Assembly (NCBI GenBank): GCA_038257035.1 | Contig: JBBSJT010000025.1 | Span: 1-23,338 of the forward strand | From: Chlamydiia bacterium | GTDB lineage: Bacteria; Chlamydiota; Chlamydiia; Chlamydiales; Parachlamydiaceae | DNA: 23,338 nucleotides | Direction: 5' to 3' | Part shown: one piece after another, positions 9,802 to 17,911 of the stretch | Layout of the letters: each line of letters starts with the position of its first letter | Numbering within the stretch: position 1 is the stretch's first letter | Notes under the pieces: model-generated | Told to the model about the DNA's origin: nothing | The model's input: the letters and a program-made list of their open reading frames with translations, nothing else | The model's database searches: none | Made by a program: the position numbers and the translations under genes

Positions 9802-10535
9802 ATCTCACTTTGTAGCCCATACCAAGCTCTTGAGCGCTAGCGCTCAAGAAAGCGCAGGTGTGGGATATGTCATTATCCATTTAAACTCCTTCAGGAGTTC
9901 TTCTCTTTTCTCTTTAATTTAATCAATAAATTAATTATTTTAGTTTGCATATTTCCTGAAATATCGAGGTTATTTATGGCACATGCTTTTACAAATTTTT
10001 TATACCATCTTGTTTGGTCAACGAAAAATCGCGAACCTTTAATAAAAAAGGAATTAAAGCCTAGATTAAATAGTTATTTAAGAACAACCATTAAAAACGA
10101 AGGCGCAAACCTATTTATAAATGGGATTGAAGATCATATACACCTTCTTGTTGCAATGCCGGCTACCATGCAATTCCTGATTTGGTTCAGAAAATTAAAC
10201 CCACATCGACAAAATGGTTTCGAAAAACATTTCCAGAAGCAAAAAATTTTTCCTGGCAAGAGGGTTATGGCGGATTCAGTGTTGCAAAATCGATTTTACC
10301 TGCTGTAATAAAATATATTGAAAATCAAGAGGAACATCATAAAACAATTTCATATAAAGAAGAATTTTTACATTTCTTAAATGAACAAGGCATTAAATAT
10401 GATTTAGATACGGTTTTTGATTAGAAAAAGAGAGGAACTCCCGAGGAGTTTTTTTTTATTTTATCACATACCCACACCTGCGCCTTTCGGGCGCAAAAGG
10501 CGCCCTCACGCTTGGTATGGGCTACAAAGTGAGAT
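9802..10535. mobile_element. REPtron-like element: Y1 HUH transposase between ~110 bp structured inverted repeats
   Basis: Perfect 26-bp IR at 9802-9827 and 10510-10535, plus paired GCGCAGGTGTGGG/CCCACACCTGCGC and AAACTCCTTCAGGAGTTC/GAACTCCCGAGGAGTTT. Confidence 0.8.
9976..10424 (+). pseudogene. tnpA: Frameshifted IS200/IS605 TnpA-like or REP-associated tyrosine transposase (Y1 HUH)
   Basis: YHLVWSTKNR and DHIHLL (HUH) lie in one frame; WQEGYGGFSV and YIENQEEHH (catalytic Tyr) lie in another; adding one base near 10170 joins them. Confidence 0.85.
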
Positions 10536-10615
10536 AATAGAGAGGCAAAAGAGATTTTTATTTATAAACCAATCCATCTCTAAAAGGTGCAATCTTATTA
10601 AAGATTCATTATGGC

Positions 10616-11695
10616 TTATGCGATTAGCTCTAGCTTGAGTTTTGCCCTGAGATGGCCTTGACTAGCGCTGAACCTGTAATATTTTGCAGCTTCATAGAGA
10701 TTAACGTCTGTACCTTTACCCAATTCATAGCTAAGCCCAACCTGGTATTGGGCATCAAGGTCTCCTTGTTCTGCACTTAATTTAAAATATTTAAAAGCCT
10801 GCACTAAATTTTGGCTTAAACCATCGCCTTTTGTATAGCGCATGGCCAAATTGTACTGTGCACAATAATTGCCTTGATCTGCACTAAGTTTGTAATAAGT
10901 AATGCTTTTTTCAATATTTACCTCAGTACCAAAACCCTCAGCATAAAAAATGGCTAGCACATTTTGTGATTCTGCATGACCCTGATCTGCAATGCTCTTA
11001 TAACTCTCAAATGCTTTCTCCCTCGATAGTTCAGTCCCATAACCTTTTTCATAAAGAAAGCTTAAGTCATATTGTGCTTGTAAGTATCCTTGATCGGCAC
11101 TTAGTTTTAAATATTTAAAAGCTGATTCATCATTTTTCGAAATACCAAAACCTGCACGATAACACATTCCAAGACAATACAGTGCAGTGGGATTTGTCTT
11201 TAAATCGGAAATGAATTTTATGCTGGGTCTTAACAGCTTAAAAACTTCACTTTTTTCAAGCGATTTGTTTTTGCTGAAAAGGAGTTTAAGACAGTATCGG
11301 GATGTTTTTTCAAGTACTTTTTCTTTTTCTGAATAGGACAAAGCCTTTTCCTTGCCATAAAATTCAATGATTTTAACCATTTCTTCTTTAGCAACTTTTA
11401 AAGTTTTTTCTTTTTTACAATATTTAATATAAACATTTTTCCAGATCTGATCCATCTTATAAAGTTCATTATGCTTATAATTTTTAAATGTTTCAATAAA
11501 GTGGTTTTTCCAAAAATCATTTTGCGTTTCAATGCATAGGCTCATATTTAAAAATGCTTTACATACTAAAGCAAGCGTGGTTTCAGATTTTGGATCGACA
11601 CCAAAATAGGCTTCCCTTGTGCCGTAAATGATAATTTTCCAAATTTCGGGATAAAAATTGAAATGTTCGTTGTAATAATCAAGACCACGCTTCAT
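10616..11695 (-). CDS. Sel1-like repeat protein with F-box-like N-terminus, 359 aa
   Basis: FYPEIWKIIIY...VDPKSETTLALVCKAFLNMS...FWK, then about five Sel1 units. Confidence 0.9.
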   Translation of the reverse strand: MKRGLDYYNEHFNFYPEIWKIIIYGTREAYFGVDPKSETTLALVCKAFLNMSLCIETQNDFWKNHFIETFKNYKHNELYKMDQIWKNVYIKYCKKEKTLKVAKEEMVKIIEFYGKEKALSYSEKEKVLEKTSRYCLKLLFSKNKSLEKSEVFKLLRPSIKFISDLKTNPTALYCLGMCYRAGFGISKNDESAFKYLKLSADQGYLQAQYDLSFLYEKGYGTELSREKAFESYKSIADQGHAESQNVLAIFYAEGFGTEVNIEKSITYYKLSADQGNYCAQYNLAMRYTKGDGLSQNLVQAFKYFKLSAEQGDLDAQYQVGLSYELGKGTDVNLYEAAKYYRFSASQGHLRAKLKLELIA

Positions 11696-11729
11696 AAAAT
11701 CCTACAATTTTTTTAGAAAATTGAATAAT

Positions 11730-11762
11730 ATCATGTTATTGGTTAAAAACCAATAACATGAT
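11730..11762. promoter_or_regulatory. Perfect 15-bp inverted repeat (terminator or operator)
   Basis: ATCATGTTATTGGTT-aaa-AACCAATAACATGAT, between the DUF2147 stop and the Sel1 gene start. Confidence 0.5.
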
Positions 11763-11792
11763 TAAAATGAAATTATTGAAGGGAAACTATTA

Positions 11793-12314
11793 CTAGTTTT
11801 CGATGACTTCCGGGATTTTGGGGACAAGAGTTTTTAAATCAGGCTTTGTAAAGCCTTGTGGAAAATCAGCATCGACGGCTTTTGGCCATGTCTGATTTTT
11901 TCCTAAGAAAAACATTTCCCCTCTTAAAGTAAGATCGCCCTTATCGTCGATCCAGGCAGAGGCAGAATATTCATAACCTTTTTCAGGATCTAAGATAACG
12001 CCATTTGAAAATTTTTTGCCATGTTTTTCAAGTTCCCACATAAAATCCAACCCTACATAATAAGGATTTCCTTTAACGGCAGGAGCTCGTTTGATCGGCT
12101 TTTCAATAGTGTCATAGATTTTACCGTTATCATCATAAGTTGCAATGAGCCTGCCATAATATTTTTTTTGATACTCATAAATGGCTACAATACTTCTTGG
12201 CATATGTGTCTCATCATCAATGGTTTTCCAAAACCCTGCTATGTCTTGTGCAAAGATAGATGAGCTAAAAATAAATAAATAACATAATATGAAAATTTTA
12301 AGTTTACCGATCAC
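11793..12314 (-). CDS. Secreted DUF2147-family protein
   Basis: Signal peptide, then GFWKTIDD, YYGRLI, GVILDPEKGYEY and LTLRG motifs; GTG start. Confidence 0.8.
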   Translation of the reverse strand: MIGKLKIFILCYLFIFSSSIFAQDIAGFWKTIDDETHMPRSIVAIYEYQKKYYGRLIATYDDNGKIYDTIEKPIKRAPAVKGNPYYVGLDFMWELEKHGKKFSNGVILDPEKGYEYSASAWIDDKGDLTLRGEMFFLGKNQTWPKAVDADFPQGFTKPDLKTLVPKIPEVIEN

Positions 12315-12330
12315 GTTTACCCCTTTTGTA

Positions 12331-12469
12331 GTTAAACTCGACTTTGCAATTTTTCAGGTTCATATTCGAGAGAGAGGCAAACTACAGCTTAATAAATTTA
12401 GAAATTTATTTAGCTGTAGACAGCATCTCTCCCAAGATGAATCTTAAAAATTGCAAACTCGAGTTAAAC
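12331..12469. repeat. ~135 bp imperfect palindrome (MITE/REPIN-like)
   Basis: AACTCGACTTTGCAATTTTT...AAAAATTGCAAACTCGAGTT with inner CTACAGCTTAATAAATTT-ag-AAATTTATTTAGCTGTAG; bounded by GTTAAAC direct repeats. Confidence 0.88.
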
Positions 12470-12508
12470 GCATCTTGTCTAAAATCTAATTATTAGGATA
12501 GTTAAAAA

Positions 12509-12775
12509 ATGAATGTTGACGCATGGGAAGTTTATATAATTAAAACCTCAGATGGGAAACTCTACACCGGAATTACAAAGGATATTGAGCGTCGTTTTTC
12601 TGAACATTCATCAAAACAAAAAGGGGCTAAATTTTTCCATTTTTCAAGCCCTGAAAAAATCGTTTATCGACAAGTTTTTGAAAGTAGGGGCGAAGCTACC
12701 CGTAGAGAGATCGAAATTAAAAAGCTCACACGTTTGCAAAAACTCAATCTAGTTTTGGAACAAAACCTAAATTAG
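12509..12775 (+). CDS. Small GIY-YIG nuclease family protein (UPF0213-like)
   Basis: VYII...LYTGITKDIERRFSEH...KGAKF...EATRREIEIKKL. Confidence 0.9.
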   Translation: MNVDAWEVYIIKTSDGKLYTGITKDIERRFSEHSSKQKGAKFFHFSSPEKIVYRQVFESRGEATRREIEIKKLTRLQKLNLVLEQNLN

Positions 12776-12865
12776 ATTTTTCATCCAATGGCTACTTATA
12801 ATAATATATACTGGTTCTACTTAAATCTAAAAATAAAGCCTAAAATCAAATACTATAGCCTATAC

Positions 12866-12976
12866 GATTTTTTACAGTGAGGCAGTGAGATGCTGCATGA
12901 GATCAGTGAGAGGCAATGTATTCAGAGCCCCTCACTGTCCTCATGCAGCTTCTCACTGCCTCACTGTAAAAAAATC
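12866..12976. repeat. CAGTGAG-family palindromic element, copy 1
   Basis: 40-nt arms at 12874-12913 and 12928-12967 (4 mismatches), flanked by T and A tracts. Confidence 0.92.
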
Positions 12977-13026
12977 ATAAAAGTTATATCAAATAGAGAT
13001 TTTTTAGCATTTGAAGTTTTCTCTTT

Positions 13027-13060
13027 CAAGTAGCATTAGTATACAAGTAGCATCAGTATA
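13027..13060. repeat. 17-bp tandem duplication upstream of kdpF
   Basis: CAAGTAGCATTAGTATA followed by CAAGTAGCATCAGTATA. Confidence 0.8.
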
Positions 13061-13219
13061 TATGAATTTTTCAAACCAGGCTGTACAAGAAAAAATTCTC
13101 AAAAATTTATCTATTCATTTTTTTATTTTATAGGTTATACGTTGAATTTAACGCATATGTTTTTTAATAATTGAGATTAACTGTTAAGAAAAACGCGCAA
13201 TTTATAATGCAGGTGATGA

Positions 13220-13309
13220 ATGAATTTGGAATATATATTCATGTTGAGTTTAAGTTTGGCTCTTCTTGCTTACCTCATTTATGCTTTAATTAATCCTGAA
13301 AAACTATGA
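13220..13309 (+). CDS. kdpF: K+-transporting ATPase subunit F (29 aa; absent from the ORF track)
   Basis: MNLEYIFMLSLSLALLAYLIYALINPEKL*; YLxYALxxPEK motif, AGGTG RBS, immediately upstream of kdpA. Confidence 0.9.
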   Translation: MNLEYIFMLSLSLALLAYLIYALINPEKL

Positions 13310-13321
13310 ATTTGGTAAACC

Positions 13322-15013
13322 ATGACACTGTTTGATTTATGTGAATTATTCATTTTTATCTTGGCTTTCTCATTTCTTACAATTGTAATTGGCTCCTACA
13401 TGAAAATTGTTTATACAGGAGAAGTTTCAAATTGGACTCGCCCTTTTCTTTGGCTTGAAGATTTAACTTATCGGCTATCCAATATAAATCCAAAAACTGA
13501 AATGAACGCTTCAACTTATTTAAAGAGCCTTTGTTTGTTTAATTTCCTGGGGTTTATGGCAGTTTTTTTTCTGATGATTGCGCAAGGAATTCTTCCCCTT
13601 AATACAGAGAATTTGCCGGGAACATCCTTCGATTTAGCCTTTCATACCTCGGTAAGTTTTACGACAAACAGCAATCTGCAATCATATAAGGGAGAAAACA
13701 CTTTAAGTTACCTTACTCAAATGCTAGGTCTTGCAGTGCAAAATTTCTTAAGTGCAGCAACAGGTCTTGCTGTTTTAGTTGCCTTTATAAGAGGAATTAA
13801 ATCCCATAAAACAGACACAATCGGAAATTTTTATGTTGATCTTGTAAGATCAACAATTTATATTTTCCTACCTCTCTCCTTAATTGTTGCTACTTTTCTA
13901 CTTTTTGAAGGTGTCATTCAAACATTTTCACCTTATTTAGAAGTAATTAGCTTGGAAGGGATTAAGCAAATAATTCCTTTTGGTCCTGTTGCAAGCCAGG
14001 TTGCAATTAAACAAATCGGAACAAATGGCGGGGGTTTTTTTGGTGCAAACAGTGCCCATCCTTTTGAGAACCCAACAAAACTCACCAATTTTGTTGAAAC
14101 CTTATGTATTCTTCTTGTGCCATCCGCTTCTATTTATTTTTATGGTATTATGACAGGCAAAAAAAAACATATTATAGCCCTTTTTTCTGTCGTAGTTTTC
14201 CTTTTTGCCATCGGAATTTTATTCTCCATGTTTGGCGAATATTTATATAGTCGTACATATGATGGACTGCAAATTATGGAAGGCAAAGAAATGCGTTTTG
14301 GTCTTTTTAATTCCATATTTTGGTCAAAAGCCACAACAGTTACTTCAAACGGTTCTGTTAATGCAGCGATGGAAAGCTTATCGCCAATTGCATCAGGAAT
14401 TGCCCTTTTTAACATGATGGTTGACGAGTTGATTTTCGGGGGTGTTGGAGTCGGTCTTTGTAGCTTAATCATTTTTGTGCTATTGACTGTTTTTTTATGC
14501 GGTCTAATGGTAGGAAGAACACCTGAGTATCTTGGAAAAAAAATTGAAGCGCGCGAAATGCAATGGATTTCCTTGGCCATTTTAACGCCTGCTTCTACAA
14601 TTTTAATCGGTACAGCAATCACATCTATCTTACCATTAACTACCACAAACTTGAAAGACATGGGCCCACACGGTTTTACTACCATTCTTTATGCCTTTAC
14701 ATCAGCTGCTGCAAATAATGGAAGTTCCTTTATTAGCCTTGACACTAACACTCCTTATTATAATTTAATGCTAGGCATCATCATGCTCACCACAAGATTT
14801 TCAATTATTGTTTCGAGCTTAAATTTGGCCGCACTTTTAGCTAAAAAAAAATTGGTTCCCCCATCCATTGGTACATTCTCTACAAACAGCGCGCTTTTTG
14901 CTTTTCTTCTTTTAAGTGTGATTCTTATCGTCGGCGCTCTCACTTTTTTTCCGGCTCTTGCTTTAGGCCCTATTGCCGAGCAAATTTTATTGATGCAACA
15001 TAGATATTTTTAA
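13322..15013 (+). CDS. kdpA: K+-transporting ATPase subunit A
   Basis: TNSNLQSY, QNFLSAATG, GTNGGGFF, SAHPFENP, MVGRTPEYLGKKIE, ANNGS, LALGPIAE. Confidence 0.97.
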   Translation: MTLFDLCELFIFILAFSFLTIVIGSYMKIVYTGEVSNWTRPFLWLEDLTYRLSNINPKTEMNASTYLKSLCLFNFLGFMAVFFLMIAQGILPLNTENLPGTSFDLAFHTSVSFTTNSNLQSYKGENTLSYLTQMLGLAVQNFLSAATGLAVLVAFIRGIKSHKTDTIGNFYVDLVRSTIYIFLPLSLIVATFLLFEGVIQTFSPYLEVISLEGIKQIIPFGPVASQVAIKQIGTNGGGFFGANSAHPFENPTKLTNFVETLCILLVPSASIYFYGIMTGKKKHIIALFSVVVFLFAIGILFSMFGEYLYSRTYDGLQIMEGKEMRFGLFNSIFWSKATTVTSNGSVNAAMESLSPIASGIALFNMMVDELIFGGVGVGLCSLIIFVLLTVFLCGLMVGRTPEYLGKKIEAREMQWISLAILTPASTILIGTAITSILPLTTTNLKDMGPHGFTTILYAFTSAAANNGSSFISLDTNTPYYNLMLGIIMLTTRFSIIVSSLNLAALLAKKKLVPPSIGTFSTNSALFAFLLLSVILIVGALTFFPALALGPIAEQILLMQHRYF

Positions 15014-15022
15014 AAGGAAAAC

Positions 15023-17092
15023 ATGAATAATTCAGAAAGTTTGATTAGTAAAAGTATACTAAATGAAGCTCTATTCAATTCCTTTAAAATGCTTCGCCCT
15101 TCGGTGCAATTTAAAAACCCTATTATGTTTATCACATACATTGGTGCAATTGTCACAACCCTTTATTTATTAGCTGAAATTTGGAATAACAATTTTCTTT
15201 TCTTTGATTTTGAAGTTTGTATGTGGATCTGGTTTACCGTGTTGTTTGCTAATTTTGCAGAAAGTCTTGCTGAATCCAACGGAAAAGCACACGCTGCCTC
15301 TTTGAAAAAAACTCAAACTGAAACACTGTCACGTCAATTAAAAAATGGGATTGAAATACAAACTGAAACCAATAAATTAAAAAAAGGCGATTTAATTATA
15401 TGTGAGGTAGGAAATGTCATTCCGGTCGATGGAGAAGTTGTTGAAGGTATTGCAACGATCGATGAGTCTGCAATTACCGGTGAATCAGCACCTGTCATAA
15501 GAGAGAGCGGAGGAGATCGAAGCGCTGTTACCGCTGGTACAAGGGTTTTAAGTGATCGGATTATTATTGAAGTTACATCAGAGGTCGGCAATAGCTTTTT
15601 GGATCGAATGATCAATCTTATTGAAGGGGCAAAAAGACAAAAAACTCCTAATGAACTTGCACTGAATGTTTTATTGTCAGGACTCACAATTCTTTTTCTT
15701 ATTATAACCGTCACCCTAAGATTTTTTGCTTCATTTGGAGGGCCTAACGCAAATGCTATTACCGTTCCTATTCTCATTGCTCTTCTCATTTGTTTAATAC
15801 CCACATCAATCAGTGCCCTTTTAAGTGCTGTCGGAATTGCAGGAATTGAGCGACTTACAAGACGTAACGTCATAGCAAAAAGTGGAAGAAGCGTTGAGGC
15901 TGCAGGCGATGTAGACCTGCTCATACTAGATAAAACAGGAACCATCACCATTGGCAATCGTTCAGCGACAGCATTTATTCCCGTGAATGGAAAATCTGAA
16001 AAAGAATTTGCAGAAATTGCACAGCTAGCATCACTCGGAGATGAAACTCCAGAGGGCAGATCCATCGTTGTACTTTCAAAAACAAACTTTAATTTAAGGG
16101 CCGAATCTCTAGATATTCAAAACTCTAAAATCATTCCCTTTTCAGCCACAACAAAGATGAGCGGTGTAAATTTTTTTGATGATGAGGGTCAAACGATTCG
16201 TATGATTAGAAAAGGCTCTTCAAGCGCAATCAAAGCACATGTTGAAACACTTGGTGGAATTTATCCTGAACTTATTGATGTAACATTGCAAACCATTTCA
16301 AAAAGCGGCGGCACTCCCCTTCTTGTGTCAGATAACGAAAAAATTATTGGGGTTATTCATTTAAAAGACATCATTAAGGGTGGCATTAAAGAGCGTTTTA
16401 AAGAAATGCGAAAAATGGGTATCAGGACGATCATGGTTACAGGTGACAATGCTTTAACTGCCGCAGCAATTGCCGCAGAAGCCGGTGTTGATGATTTTGT
16501 AGCTGATGCCACACCTGAAATTAAACTTGAGCTGATTAAAAGAGAGCAAAATAATGGCCATCTTGTTGCTATGACGGGTGATGGAACAAATGATGCTCCG
16601 GCACTTGCACAAGCAGATGTTGCTGTCGCCTTAAATACCGGAACACAAGCCTCAAGAGATGCCGGTAATATGGTAGACCTTGACAGCAACCCTACAAAGC
16701 TTATTGACATTGTTGAAATAGGAAAACAATTACTGATGACAAGAGGTGCTTTGACAACTTTTAGCATTGCAAATGATGTTGCCAAATACTTTGCCATCAT
16801 CCCTGCAATTTTTAGTTCTTTATATCTTGGCAAGAATGACACGGTGGGCCCGCTTGCACATTTAAATATTATGCATTTGAATTCACCCAAGAGTGCGATT
16901 TTAAGTGCGATCATTTTTAATGCGTTAGTAATCATCGCATTGATCCCCCTTGCAGCAAAAGGGGTGAAATATTCACCTAAATCGGCCGATGAAATGTTAC
17001 AACGAAATATTTTGATTTATGGTGTTGGAGGATTTATTGCTCCTTTTATAGGAATTAAAATGATTGATCTCGTTGTCCAGTATATAGTATAG
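15023..17092 (+). CDS. kdpB: K+-transporting ATPase subunit B (P-type ATPase)
   Basis: [38 protein letters not shown]. Confidence 0.97.
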   Translation: MNNSESLISKSILNEALFNSFKMLRPSVQFKNPIMFITYIGAIVTTLYLLAEIWNNNFLFFDFEVCMWIWFTVLFANFAESLAESNGKAHAASLKKTQTETLSRQLKNGIEIQTETNKLKKGDLIICEVGNVIPVDGEVVEGIATIDESAITGESAPVIRESGGDRSAVTAGTRVLSDRIIIEVTSEVGNSFLDRMINLIEGAKRQKTPNELALNVLLSGLTILFLIITVTLRFFASFGGPNANAITVPILIALLICLIPTSISALLSAVGIAGIERLTRRNVIAKSGRSVEAAGDVDLLILDKTGTITIGNRSATAFIPVNGKSEKEFAEIAQLASLGDETPEGRSIVVLSKTNFNLRAESLDIQNSKIIPFSATTKMSGVNFFDDEGQTIRMIRKGSSSAIKAHVETLGGIYPELIDVTLQTISKSGGTPLLVSDNEKIIGVIHLKDIIKGGIKERFKEMRKMGIRTIMVTGDNALTAAAIAAEAGVDDFVADATPEIKLELIKREQNNGHLVAMTGDGTNDAPALAQADVAVALNTGTQASRDAGNMVDLDSNPTKLIDIVEIGKQLLMTRGALTTFSIANDVAKYFAIIPAIFSSLYLGKNDTVGPLAHLNIMHLNSPKSAILSAIIFNALVIIALIPLAAKGVKYSPKSADEMLQRNILIYGVGGFIAPFIGIKMIDLVVQYIV

Positions 17093-17156
17093 ATCTTTTT
17101 TACCACAAAGGGTATGAGTAGGCATTGTTGCAACTGGGAAAGTGAAAAGTTATAGA

Positions 17157-17263
17157 TTTTTTTACCAGTGAGGCAGTGAGAAAGACATGAGATCAGTGAG
17201 AGGTTTATGTAAGCAGTACCCCTCACTGTCCTCATGTTTTTCTCACTGCCTCACTGGTAAAAA
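17157..17263. repeat. CAGTGAG-family palindromic element, copy 2, in the kdpB-kdpC gap
   Basis: Arms at 17164-17203 and 17219-17258, highly similar to 12874-12967. Confidence 0.92.
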
Positions 17264-17335
17264 TATATAATCACTGGTTCCCTCTTTGTGCTCTCTTGGT
17301 AAAAATGCAAAAGGTGACTTTTAAATAAGGTTAAT

Positions 17336-17911
17336 ATGAGTAGCTTATCAACATCATTGCGATTATTTCTTTGGCTTACATTACTCACAGGTATTGTCTA
17401 CCCGTTGATTATTACTTTTATTGGTTACACTTTTGTTAACAACAAGCGAACCGGTGATATCATCTTTGTAGAAAATCGCCCAATCGGGGCCAAACTGATC
17501 GGACAAAAATTTGAAAGTGATCGCTATTTCCATAGTCGTCCCTCAAGTATCAACTATAACCCTCTTAATTCAGGAGAAAAAGTTTTAGGTCCTACAAGCC
17601 TTGAATTAAGAAATAAAGTAGCAGTACGAGAAGAAATGATTACTAAAAAGTTTAAATTTAACGGTCACATACCACCTGAACTTCTTTTTGAATCTGCAAG
17701 CGGTCTTGATCCCCATATTAGTAAGGAAGCAGCTTTAATCCAAGTGGACAGCGTCATGGCAGCAAGAGGATTAAATGCTGAACATAAATATGTAATACTT
17801 AAACTCATTGATGAACTAAATTCTCAGCCGTTCAGGACGTATGGAAAGCCTTATATCAATGTTTTAATACTCAATCATTCATTAGATTTGATTTTAGGGA
17901 GTTTGATGTGA
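17336..17911 (+). CDS. kdpC: K+-transporting ATPase subunit C
   Basis: LTGIVYP, LIGQKF, YFHSRPS, SASGLDPHIS, INVLILN. Confidence 0.95.
   Translation: MSSLSTSLRLFLWLTLLTGIVYPLIITFIGYTFVNNKRTGDIIFVENRPIGAKLIGQKFESDRYFHSRPSSINYNPLNSGEKVLGPTSLELRNKVAVREEMITKKFKFNGHIPPELLFESASGLDPHISKEAALIQVDSVMAARGLNAEHKYVILKLIDELNSQPFRTYGKPYINVLILNHSLDLILGSLM

Noticed and set aside
10417..10638. 73-aa ORF after the transposase as a possible tnpB or cargo gene
   Set aside because: It runs through the right inverted repeat, has no RuvC or Zn-finger motifs and is too short
12331..12469. Integron attC site (ends in GTTRRRY)
   Set aside because: The left end is not a clean RYYYAAC, there is no unpaired spacer next to the core, it lies between divergent gene starts, and there is no integrase or cassette array
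13110..13145. KdpE-binding box upstream of kdpF
   Set aside because: T-rich, but it does not match the TTTATA-N5-TTTACA spacing; expected by chance in AT-rich DNA
14140..17235. Long antisense ORFs (181, 243, 192, 72 aa) opposite kdpA/kdpB
   Set aside because: Shadow frames of well-supported genes with no protein motifs; the 72-aa ORF starts inside a palindromic repeat
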